A DNA stretch of 40,007 nt from NCBI GenBank assembly GCA_030167865.1, contig JALAGF010006637.1, positions 62,001 to 102,007 on the forward strand, written 5' to 3'. This DNA comes from Craspedostauros australis (Eukaryota). The notes below the pieces were generated by a model. The model was not told the origin of the DNA. It saw nothing but the letters and a program-made list of their open reading frames with translations, and ran no database searches. Positions 10,505-20,038 of this stretch are shown one piece after another; positions within the stretch are counted from its first letter, which is position 1, and every line of letters starts with the position of its first letter. A program made the position numbers and the translations under genes.

Positions 10505-11544
10505 TTATGTACTCGTATTGAAAGAAAAAGAACACAAAGACACAGACTCATGATGGAACGTGTATCATGTTATGAGTTGAGGAGCCGGGGACAACGATCG
10601 GCACGGGGGGAACTTGCTAGATCGTGTTCGCAGGCACCGATCTATTATACAACATCATGGATATTGAACAGCATACCTGCGAAGATATTATCTACGAGTG
10701 AGGTCAGCAGTGGTGCCGGGGCTGACGCGCGCTGAATGCAAGTGAGGCATCCATCCTGCTCATGAGCACGGACATGGACATGAACATGAACACACACAAA
10801 GCAGCAACCAGCCAAACAAGCACAATATAGTTTAAAATGAAACAAATGAATGAACAAACAAGTTGAGGAGTGCGAGAGTGCGACGAGATTGCTTTGCAGG
10901 AATGGACATTAGTCTTGCACAAAAAGCCAGTTGAGTTGTGTTTACCAGTGCAATCACATCACACGGAGTACGAACATCCTAGCACGAGCAGTACTTCAGG
11001 TCCTCTTTTGAGTTGTGTGGAGAAGACGTGGTTTTCCCGTTGTTACTCGGCGACGAGCCGACTTTGCTCTATGCTTGTTGATTCTGTGTTCTCCATGCAG
11101 CGGCCGTGGCCTCCGCCTGTGATGAATGCAGACATCACAGCCAGAGCAATTGCTCCCTCGCGCCGTATTCGATTAGTTGCGGTTTCTCCAAGAAGCTTGC
11201 TCAGCCCAAGAACAGGATCCCTCGTGGCTGAGTCCATGTCTGCGTTACACCGCCGCGTACTCGTCGTGAGTCCACAGGACGGAGAGTACTGTACTTGAAT
11301 ACAAACAAATGCTGAGGGATTGCTTGTGTGACTGCCTGCATGGAATGACCTTGTTTGCTGTCGGCTTGATCGTAGCCCATGAAGCCAACCTCAAAAGCCA
11401 CGCTGATTGGCAGCGCCCCTTGCATTGCTTTCCATTCTTTCAGTGCATGCCCACAGGCTATCCCCATGCGAGCCTCATTGCACGTGGGGACAGGGCAGTC
11501 TCTATCAGCGCTTGTGCGTGGACCTCTTGAGATCGCTTCATGGA

Positions 11545-11583
11545 CTGTAGCTCATCCTGTAGCTCATCCTGTAGCTCATCCTG
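11545..11583. repeat. Tandem repeat: 3 copies of 12-bp CTGTAGCTCATC, just downstream of the EMC5 stop
   Basis: Units at 11545, 11557 and 11569, plus a partial CTG. Confidence 0.9.
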
Positions 11584-11622
11584 ATACATTACAGGAGCGC
11601 AGCGCATCATCCGAAGCATTGA

Positions 11623-11949
11623 TTACAACATCTTGGCGCGGTGGTTGTACACGTCGAACTTCCTCGTTCTGAAACTTGGCGCCTCGAGCCTCCGATGTTT
11701 CGGCTGCCCCTCCTTGACGTTGACCTCCACGGACTGGAAGGATCCCATCTTGGACATCTCGGCGAACAGGAGGATGCCGAAGGCAAGGGCGACCTCCACG
11801 TACACATCCTTCGGTGGGATCGAGTAACCGCTGCCATCTTCCAGCAGATCCAAATCCTCCAGGATGGCTCGGTAGTGGAGGCAGCTGTAGGCCGCGTGCA
11901 TCATCATCGCTGCGGCCAAGGCCGTCATGAGCGTGGGAACGGATGGCAT
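11623..11949 (-). CDS. EMC5: ER membrane protein complex subunit 5 / membrane magnesium transporter (MMgT family), ~108 aa
   Basis: TM1 ending HAAYS...YR, then IPPKDVYVEVALAFGILLF (family P.DI..E..L + TM2) and C-terminal F..YNHRA (family F..FNHRG). ATG at 11949. Confidence 0.88.
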   Translation of the reverse strand: MPSVPTLMTALAAAMMMHAAYSCLHYRAILEDLDLLEDGSGYSIPPKDVYVEVALAFGILLFAEMSKMGSFQSVEVNVKEGQPKHRRLEAPSFRTRKFDVYNHRAKML

Positions 11950-12611
11950 TGTGAAATACAATATATAATATAATATGTTCTACTGCTTCGCTTTGCTGAA
12001 TCTCTTTGATTGTGTGTTTGTTTGTTCGAGTATAGTATTTTGCTGTGGTGTGCTGTGAATCTCTGGAAACACAATCCTCTTGTTGGATGATGATCGTTGT
12101 CTTGGTGTTTGCGATGGATCTGTGTGTTGGTCTCTTGTTTGTGATTGATCGTGTTGTGTCTTTGTGCTTCGTTCTCTGTGCTTCGTTTTGTTTGTTTTGG
12201 CGGGCTTTTGAGTCCGTGGAGTCCAACGTGGGATTAGAGGTAAAAACTGTTAACTACTTGAAATGAACGTTGTTTGCGTCAAATCAACGAAGGAGTCAAC
12301 AATCAGAATCAAACAACCTTCATTAATATATATTGTGTAATTCACGAAATTCGTTATTAGTGAGTCATTGATTCCCGTGAAAGTCACGGAACAAGAAACG
12401 AGGAAGCGACCATGGCGAAGCGTCGACGAACGGCACAAGCCTCCTTCCTTTCTGTTCTCTGTTTGCATTCGCAACTGCTCTGTGCGCATTCTGCGCGGCT
12501 CTTGTGCACCACAGATCGATCGGCCACAGGTGAGAGTGATCTCTGCCACCCCCAGTCCAGTCCGATCCAATCGAATGCATCCTTGTCTGGGAGCGCATCG
12601 CGAAACGCAGC

Positions 12612-14567
12612 ATGGCCGCAATGAGCAAATCCAATCCCGAAGGAACGATCGACGACCAAGCGCTGGAGAGGCAGCTGCGATCGTTGCAGGCCGAGCTGGG
12701 CTCCGCGGAACGGGAGAATGAAAAGCAGCAGCAGCACCTGAAGGAGCTGGAGAAGGAGAAGGCCTACCTCAAGGAGCAGGGCGACAATCTCAACAAGCGG
12801 CAGCAGATGATTCAGCAGATCCGGGACATGGAGGGCACCATCTCCTTCAAGCTCACGGAGAAGCAGAGGGTGGAGATGGAGGTCCAGCAGGAGCGCTCGC
12901 GTCTGCAGCAGCTGCAGAGGACGCTCATGCTGCTGCAAACAACGATGCAGGGCATCTTGGACAAGGTGGAGTCGGCGCAGGATGTCGGGGACAGCAGCAT
13001 CGAAGATGAGGATCCTTCCACCATGAGAGAGCGGCTGGTCGGCCAGATTCTGCCAGATGATTGGAGGAACTTGCCCGGTTTGCTGTCCATGGAGAACACG
13101 GGGCGTGGGAATGCTAATAGCAATGAGGACGGGGATGGCAGTGGGAACGGGGATGGTGGTCATGGCAAAGGCGCCATGGCATCCGCAACGTCTGCTCCCC
13201 TCCCCACTATCGATTACCCCAGCGAGGACGATGAAATCGACGAGGCCAGAGACGAACGTGTGTCAGCGATGCCCGCCCAGGCACCCGGGTCGACCAACCG
13301 AGCTCCCATGTATCCCACCACCAACATCGCCAGATCGTCGGACCATCCGCGTCAAACGAGGAGAAGGTCTGGCGATGTCTCCAAATCCAGCCACGTTGGT
13401 TCGGGGCGTTCAAGCCAGGATTCAGTCAGCACTAGACGATCAACGCACACTGACAGCTCGAGGTCTGGGAGTGGTGGGCGTCGCGCCTCGGGTGGTCACA
13501 GCACTAGCGGTGTCAGCACCAACAGCCACAGCCATAGTCAAGGCCATAGTCAAAGGAACAAAAGCAGCGCTCATCACAAGTCATCAAGCAGCCATCGGTC
13601 AAGGGGCAACAAATCACGTTCGTCCGAGCTTGATCACCAGCAGGCGCACAGCAAGGGGTTCGATCGGAGGGAAGATCGCAATTCAAAAACAACAACAGCA
13701 GCAGCAATATCATCGTCGTCTTCATCTTTGTCGCAACCATCCAAAGCACGTCCTTCGCGCAGTCATTCTCGGTCCAGATCCAAAACGCAGGCCAGATCGA
13801 GATCAAGGTCACGATCCCGTTCGGCAGAGAAGTATCATGGGGACGGAATATCACCTCGGCCATCATCAATGAAGTCGTTGGACACCAAGCAGCCACCCAC
13901 GAGAAGCAGATCGCGCTCGAGGAGCAGCAGATCACACGGCGATTACCTGTCCAGAAGCAGCCACCACGAACTTGAGGGCAGCAGGCATGCCCCCGATGGC
14001 AAAAGTTCCGGTCGCCCCCACGCCCGCACTCGCGGTCGACGCAGTGGTAGCATAGGAAGCGCAGCCCCCACCACCACCAGCAGCACGCGCACCAGCCGTA
14101 GCAGCACTAGCAGCCAACAGCACGCCCACGGCGACGACCAGAGCCTCACCAAGGATGGCAGGCCCAAGCACAAAATGGACGGGTATTCGCAGCACAGGGG
14201 CAAGAAACCGAGTCACAAGAATACAGGTGCCGCGAGCACCAGCGCGAACGCAAGTAGTGGCAACAAATCACGCAACACCAGAAGCAAATCGCAGTCGCGA
14301 CGCAAACGCAATGACCCGCAGCCACGTGATGGCGCTCCCAAGCGAGATCGCAGCAGAACACGGAAGGGAGACAACGAACAGCGCAGGCGCGGCCAGGGCG
14401 AAGAGATTCAGTATCAGCAACCATCGAAGGCAGCACAATCCAGGGGCAGGACGATGGGACCGAAGCAATCGTCCTTGTTGGAACAGATGCTGCGACGCGA
14501 GCAGGATGTCTCCCACAGCAGCCACGATACACCCAAGACGACCAACACCCGAGAGGATTCGTCGTAG
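12612..14567 (+). CDS. Hypothetical protein: N-terminal coiled-coil (~aa 15-120) plus a long Ser/Arg/His-rich disordered tail (651 aa)
   Basis: ATG-started ORF with a heptad-rich E/Q/K N-terminus and RS-dipeptide tracts (SRSRSRSRS). Divergent from EMC5 across a ~660-bp spacer that is partly AT-rich. Confidence 0.75.
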   Translation: MAAMSKSNPEGTIDDQALERQLRSLQAELGSAERENEKQQQHLKELEKEKAYLKEQGDNLNKRQQMIQQIRDMEGTISFKLTEKQRVEMEVQQERSRLQQLQRTLMLLQTTMQGILDKVESAQDVGDSSIEDEDPSTMRERLVGQILPDDWRNLPGLLSMENTGRGNANSNEDGDGSGNGDGGHGKGAMASATSAPLPTIDYPSEDDEIDEARDERVSAMPAQAPGSTNRAPMYPTTNIARSSDHPRQTRRRSGDVSKSSHVGSGRSSQDSVSTRRSTHTDSSRSGSGGRRASGGHSTSGVSTNSHSHSQGHSQRNKSSAHHKSSSSHRSRGNKSRSSELDHQQAHSKGFDRREDRNSKTTTAAAISSSSSSLSQPSKARPSRSHSRSRSKTQARSRSRSRSRSAEKYHGDGISPRPSSMKSLDTKQPPTRSRSRSRSSRSHGDYLSRSSHHELEGSRHAPDGKSSGRPHARTRGRRSGSIGSAAPTTTSSTRTSRSSTSSQQHAHGDDQSLTKDGRPKHKMDGYSQHRGKKPSHKNTGAASTSANASSGNKSRNTRSKSQSRRKRNDPQPRDGAPKRDRSRTRKGDNEQRRRGQGEEIQYQQPSKAAQSRGRTMGPKQSSLLEQMLRREQDVSHSSHDTPKTTNTREDSS

Positions 14568-15283
14568 TGCTGCTGTCGAACATGGAGTAATTGTACGTAC
14601 AGTAGGGTGTCCATTAGGAGAATTTGTAATACTCACGACCAATGGCAAAGACCTCGGCTGTTTTCGCAGTGCTCGCCGACTGCACGGGTCCATTGGTGAA
14701 GGCAGAGTCAGAGAGTGTTGGATCTGGTCAATGGATGGGATAGTGCACGCCTCGTCAACTAGAATTGAGTGTAACTGCATGCACGAGTATCGGTACTCCG
14801 CTCGCATGCAGTTGCGATCATCCAATCCAGTCTTCCATCGAGGGCGAGAACTAAAACATGCAGCACCAATACCGAAGCCACATGGAGTAGAGGACTCTTG
14901 AATAGTATACGGCTGTGTACTATACAACTTGATTGTGCCACTGTTTGTTTTATGTTCGTACTGTTATACATAGATATGTACTCTACATATGATACGAGGA
15001 TGTGTGCTGTGAATTGCTGTCGATCCCTCATCGTTCCCCCTTGTTTTGTGTCATGTTGCATTCTTCTTCGTAACCCTCGGCGAATGCGTGCACAGCTCCT
15101 GGCCCTTCCTCGGTTTTTAGTGCTCGTGGAGCACCACATGTGGATTCTGGTAGAGTACTGGTCGTTTGGTGCGTTTCCTTCTCCTGTGCTCTGTTCTTGT
15201 TCTGGTTCGTTGTGGCTTTGCACGGCTTTTGGAAGTTGACGCACGCACACATGTACCTACACATGCACATACGTACGCACTCT

Positions 15284-18200
15284 CTAGTGATAGATGCGAC
15301 CCAATCCCATCTCCGCCAGCATGGAGGTGATGGTGGTTGCCTCGGCTGACGAAGAGGCGACGATGTGCACATCACGAAGTCCTGAGAACTTGACTTCGTC
15401 CACCAGTGTCTGCAGTCCCACCTTCAACGTCTCCTTGTACGCGCTGCCTCCCGGCCGTGTGGTGAGCATGGATAGCGCAACCGCCTGCAGCTGCGCGTGT
15501 CTCACCAAGACCAAGCTGGATCGGTAGCTCGACTGCAACATGGTCTTGGTGTAGTGCAGCGTATCACCGTCGTGCGGTTCGATGTCGTCCCAGTTGGATG
15601 GCGAGAGCGGCCCCACCGTGAGGATGACGCATGGCGCATCCAACGAGCCGTACTTTTCTGGACCCACAATGACAGCATTCCCCGTGCCGCATTTGACAGT
15701 CCCCCAGGCGGTTTCCGTGATGATGGGCAGCGTGTCGATGTCCATTTTCAGCTCTTCTTCACCGCGCTCGAGGAGCTGCTCTCCGGGACGATTCCCCTCC
15801 AAGTTGCAGCTTTCGTTCGTCCAACACACGATTCCGATGGCCTCCGCCGGGTGCTCGAAGTCTGCCAGGGATCCGCAGTACACCTCGAAGGAGCAATCGC
15901 GGTCATCCAGATGCACTGCGAACGTCGCTGGCTTGACCTCGTCGCCATCCGCATCGTCGCCACTCAGCATGGACTGCACCTGTGCTTGGATGTTATTGAG
16001 CTGGGTCGCCGGCGCTGAGTCTTCAGCGATGGCACGCATGCGCTGCTCCTTCATTATCTGCTTTTTCAGCTTCAGCATGTCCTTCTTGATGTCGTTGGCG
16101 TGTTCGTAATTGCGCGACGACACGGCGTCGGAAAGCTCCTTCTTCATGGTCTCCTCTTCCTGACGCAGCTCTTGGATGGTGGGGAACATCGTCCTCATGG
16201 CCTCCAGCTCCTCCAGGATGATGTCCAAATCCATGGCGCGCAGGAAGTTCTTCTCCTCCGTCGCCTTCTCCTTCTGCTTCGTGCGCAGGGCGATGTCGTG
16301 CTCGACGCCCGCCAACGAATCCACGTTGACCTCCGGACGGTTGGCAATGCCGATCAGACCGATGAAGTCCTTCCTGGACATGGACTTGGCGACCCTGATG
16401 ACGTCCGCCGGAACGCCGCCGCCCAGTCGTTCGAACAGATCCACGCGTCGCCGTGATGGCCGGATTACCTTTTGCTGCAGCTTCGTGACGTAGGGCGGCT
16501 CCAGCAGCTCGGCAAACTCCATCGCGGAATGAGCGACGGGACAGCCGGAGCTGGCGATGAATTTGGAGATGCCGCCAAACAGCAGCGCTGTCGATTTGAA
16601 ATCGAGTGGTCCGATCTCGATGGCATCGTCCGGACCGCCGTTGCCACCGGATTCCGATGACAGGGTGGAGATGGTGGAGTACTCGTCGAAGCTGCGCGAG
16701 GTGATCAGGATGATCTTGGTCTTTGTGGCGTTGAGGAAGTGGCTGATGAACTTTTCCAAATTCTCCTGCACGGAACGCGTCGAAAACCCGCGATCGTCGA
16801 TGACAAAGATCGATTGCATGTCCTCCAGTTCGATTTCGATACGGTCGCGGCAGTCGCAGTACACCTCGTTCTCCCAGATGTCGACGTCTGAGTCCTTCAT
16901 GGTGTTGATGGCAAGGCAGAGGTCGCCGTACAGCGAGTCCTCGAAGGGTGTCACGCTCTCCGGTGCAGGCAGCCAAAACACGTGGTCAATGGAGAAGGCG
17001 GATTTTCTGTTCAGGATGTACTTGCAGGCTGCCGCAACGACGGTCTCGCGTCCGTTCCCGGCCGGACCTCCCACGCGCACAACATCATCCACACGCAGAG
17101 CCTCGATAATTTCATACATGTCCACCTCCCTGCCAATGAAATGCTGCGGGCACTTGGGAAGTACGGATGGCTCGACGGATGCGGATCCGTTGGCACCGTC
17201 CTCGTCCGCTTCGTCGTCCTGCGGGGTGGATTGCGTGAAGAAGACGGGTCGGCTGTGGAAGAAGTCGTTGCCCGTGCTCTCCGGCAGCAACGTGAATCGG
17301 TCCATGATGTTGCGCATCTTCTTGACAGTCGGCGAGGTGCGGACGGTGTCGCAGGCGATGCTGTAGGCCTGCTTCAGCAGCTTGTTCTGCGCCAAGGCTT
17401 TGTAGAAGCTCTGGATGAACTCGATGGACACGGAGTCGCGGAACCGTCCATCGCGCTGGCAGCACACGACGTGTGGGACGCCGGCATTGAGGAATGCCTG
17501 CCCGATCTCCTTGGCATAAAACGACGAGACGAAGACGACCTGGATGTGCGATTCTGCCTGCGCCCCGTTGCTGGAAGGCGTGCCGTTGGCCGCTCTCAGT
17601 ATCTTTTCCAGCTCGTCGAAGGAAAGCTTTTGCAGCGATCCCAGTCCGTTCTCCAAACCGATGTAGTCCGGCCCACCGTGACAGCAGAGATGCATGATGC
17701 GGCTGTTTGGCTTGGCAAAGAAGGACTTCCAATGATCCATCGTGGCGATTTTGGATGCGACCTGGATCTCCGCACCGAAGGCGAGGCCGACGGAGTCTCG
17801 GATGGCGTTGGCTTCGAATGAAATGTCGCTGTACGGGATGGGGGAGTGCATGCTGTCCTCGCGGCTGAAGTAGACCAGCGGCGATGCGTGGAAGAAGAGG
17901 AGTCGATCGAAGGGCGGCTTGCGTTCGCCTTCGTCCATCATCATCATGTTGCCAGTGTTGGACGACGCGGTGGTGCTGGTTGTGGCCGCCGTCGTGTCTT
18001 CCAACTTGTCGCCGGCGGTGACCAGCAGCTTGTCCGGCGTTGGCGCAGCAACAGCCGCTTCGCCAGTCGTAGGATCATCGCCGTGCGCGTTATTTTCGAG
18101 ATGCTGATGCGGTGGGACGATGGGCGTCGGTTGTCGCAGCTGCTGATCCACCGTGGGTTCCGACGTCGGTGCCTGCTCCTGCGAGAACATCCTCAAGCTC

Positions 18201-20038
18201 TGGCGGAGGTTTGAGTTTCGGCGTCCCCTCATCTGCTGCGGCTGCTGCTGTTGCTCCTTGTGCAGCTGCTGCTCTTGCTGGTTCTTCTCGCTGTGTGCCA
18301 GAAGGAGGCGTCGGATCGCCACGATGATGAATCGGCGGTCGATCTTGTTCCTCCAGAGCCCCGAGATCTCCCGGACGGTGAAGTTGGAATCGAGTGCCGA
18401 CAGCAGCGCCCTGGCGCCGACGTTGTGGATGTCGTTCTCCGCCAGACCGAGCACGCGCAGAGTCGAATTGGCCTGCAGCATCTTGGACAGCGCGATGCAT
18501 CCATCGTCGGCTATGCCGTTCCAGCCCAGGTAGAGACGTTCGAGGTTTTCGTTGGTGAGCAGCGCCTGCGCGAATGACTCCGCGACGCCGTCGTGCAGGT
18601 AGTTGGCCTCGAGGTTGAGTACGCGCAGGGAGGTGTTGTTGCAGAGGCAGGAGCGCAGGCCGAAGTTGTTCTGATCGAGATCCCAGAGTTCGTTGTGGGA
18701 CAGGTTGAGGCAGCGCAGACGCGTGTGGTGGTTGTTGCGGGCGATGGAGTTGAAGATGGTGATGCCTCCGTCGGAGCTGATTTTGTTGCGCGAAAGGTCG
18801 AGCTTCTCGAGCGTGACGGACTGCTCGACGAACTTGGAGAGCGCTTCGGCTCCGTCGTTGCCTATCTGGTTGGTGCGGAGGTATAGCTTGACGAGCGGGA
18901 GGGAGGAGGCGTCGAGGCCACCCGCGAGGTGCTGCATGGCGACGTCATCGAGCTTGCAGTTTTCGAGGATGAGTCCGGTGAGACGTTTGTTTTCCGACAG
19001 GGCGGCGGCCATCTGCTGGATGTCCACCTGTCGCAGGATGACGTTGGAGAGGTCCAGGATGAAGATCATGGGGTTGACTCGGAGGGCCTGCACCGTGGTG
19101 ACGATGACGGGAAGGGGCGTGGATTCGTCGACGGAGGCGTGGCTGCCGGATTGCTTGAGAGCCAGCGGCGGGAAGGATGATGTGGTGGTACGTCCGGACG
19201 TTCTCCTCGTGGTGCGGGATGTTGCGGTGATCTTGGTGGGCGCGGCACCGGCGGCGCTGTCCACCGATGCGCGGCTGCCATCGGGCGACGTTGCGCGGCG
19301 CTGCGAGGACCGTCGCAGTCTGTTTCTGAGGCGGTTGCCAGCGGACATGGAGAAGTTCCTGGACTCCTCGCTGTCTCTTCGACGTTGTCGGATGGGATGG
19401 TTGGTGCTGCCCGCGGCGGACATCTCGATGTGCTTGTTCTGCTGGACCCCGTCCATGCTCTGCGAGCTGTTGTTGCGTTGTCTGGGATTGGCGCTGCCCG
19501 TCCTGAGGGAGGAGGTGGAGTTGCGGGTTTGCGGACGTCTGGGACGGCCCTCGCCCACCAACCGCCTGGCCTGGTCGATGGTGAAGCAGTTGGGCTTGAC
19601 GCAGTAGCCACGGTAGACGAGGTACCCTCCTTGTTTGTCGGTGATGGTGAGCGGCTCCCACTTGTGCTTTCGGAAGAGCTTGAAGACGCGTTTTTTGGTC
19701 CTGGTCGTTGCACACAGTGGGCACAGGCCGCGTTTCCGGCAGTACTCCTCGAGCTCCTCTCCCGAAAGCTGTGCCGCGGCCACTGCGGCTGCTGTGGATT
19801 GTGAGTTGTTTGCGTTGATCCGCTGGTGCTGGACTATCTGCTGGTGCTGCCTCCGCGTGTTTGAGGTGGAGTTGGTGGCGAAGCTGCGTTGCGATGATTG
19901 GGCCATGGTTGTGTTTGTAAGGGTGGATCTGGTGGCCGTGGTCCTGTTGCTCGCGCTGGTGTTGTGCTGGGGGTAGCCATCGCCGTTGACACCGTCCGCG
20001 GCCGACAGGACGTCCGCTGATGAATGTGAGTGTGACAT
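15284..20038 (-). CDS. NLR/STAND-like multidomain protein, paralogue 2 (1584 aa), with a degenerate P-loop
   Basis: Same domain order as paralogue 1: YCRKRGLCPLCA...GYCVKPNC; LRRs (~19065-18300); CHAT IMHLCCHGG / VFVSSFYA (~17910-17240); PQHFIGRE and GPAGNGRET (~17071-17042), IFVIDD, KIILITSR; UVR-like repeats; Macro ([26 protein letters not shown]). Confidence 0.9.
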   Translation of the reverse strand: MSHSHSSADVLSAADGVNGDGYPQHNTSASNRTTATRSTLTNTTMAQSSQRSFATNSTSNTRRQHQQIVQHQRINANNSQSTAAAVAAAQLSGEELEEYCRKRGLCPLCATTRTKKRVFKLFRKHKWEPLTITDKQGGYLVYRGYCVKPNCFTIDQARRLVGEGRPRRPQTRNSTSSLRTGSANPRQRNNSSQSMDGVQQNKHIEMSAAGSTNHPIRQRRRDSEESRNFSMSAGNRLRNRLRRSSQRRATSPDGSRASVDSAAGAAPTKITATSRTTRRTSGRTTTSSFPPLALKQSGSHASVDESTPLPVIVTTVQALRVNPMIFILDLSNVILRQVDIQQMAAALSENKRLTGLILENCKLDDVAMQHLAGGLDASSLPLVKLYLRTNQIGNDGAEALSKFVEQSVTLEKLDLSRNKISSDGGITIFNSIARNNHHTRLRCLNLSHNELWDLDQNNFGLRSCLCNNTSLRVLNLEANYLHDGVAESFAQALLTNENLERLYLGWNGIADDGCIALSKMLQANSTLRVLGLAENDIHNVGARALLSALDSNFTVREISGLWRNKIDRRFIIVAIRRLLLAHSEKNQQEQQLHKEQQQQPQQMRGRRNSNLRQSLRMFSQEQAPTSEPTVDQQLRQPTPIVPPHQHLENNAHGDDPTTGEAAVAAPTPDKLLVTAGDKLEDTTAATTSTTASSNTGNMMMMDEGERKPPFDRLLFFHASPLVYFSREDSMHSPIPYSDISFEANAIRDSVGLAFGAEIQVASKIATMDHWKSFFAKPNSRIMHLCCHGGPDYIGLENGLGSLQKLSFDELEKILRAANGTPSSNGAQAESHIQVVFVSSFYAKEIGQAFLNAGVPHVVCCQRDGRFRDSVSIEFIQSFYKALAQNKLLKQAYSIACDTVRTSPTVKKMRNIMDRFTLLPESTGNDFFHSRPVFFTQSTPQDDEADEDGANGSASVEPSVLPKCPQHFIGREVDMYEIIEALRVDDVVRVGGPAGNGRETVVAAACKYILNRKSAFSIDHVFWLPAPESVTPFEDSLYGDLCLAINTMKDSDVDIWENEVYCDCRDRIEIELEDMQSIFVIDDRGFSTRSVQENLEKFISHFLNATKTKIILITSRSFDEYSTISTLSSESGGNGGPDDAIEIGPLDFKSTALLFGGISKFIASSGCPVAHSAMEFAELLEPPYVTKLQQKVIRPSRRRVDLFERLGGGVPADVIRVAKSMSRKDFIGLIGIANRPEVNVDSLAGVEHDIALRTKQKEKATEEKNFLRAMDLDIILEELEAMRTMFPTIQELRQEEETMKKELSDAVSSRNYEHANDIKKDMLKLKKQIMKEQRMRAIAEDSAPATQLNNIQAQVQSMLSGDDADGDEVKPATFAVHLDDRDCSFEVYCGSLADFEHPAEAIGIVCWTNESCNLEGNRPGEQLLERGEEELKMDIDTLPIITETAWGTVKCGTGNAVIVGPEKYGSLDAPCVILTVGPLSPSNWDDIEPHDGDTLHYTKTMLQSSYRSSLVLVRHAQLQAVALSMLTTRPGGSAYKETLKVGLQTLVDEVKFSGLRDVHIVASSSAEATTITSMLAEMGLGRIYH

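Noticed and set aside
10870..11530. Short ORFs between paralogue 1 and EMC5 that could be gene relics (similar cases at 4477-4818 and 22041-22337)
   Set aside because: No motif I can recognise; a translated homology search would be needed.
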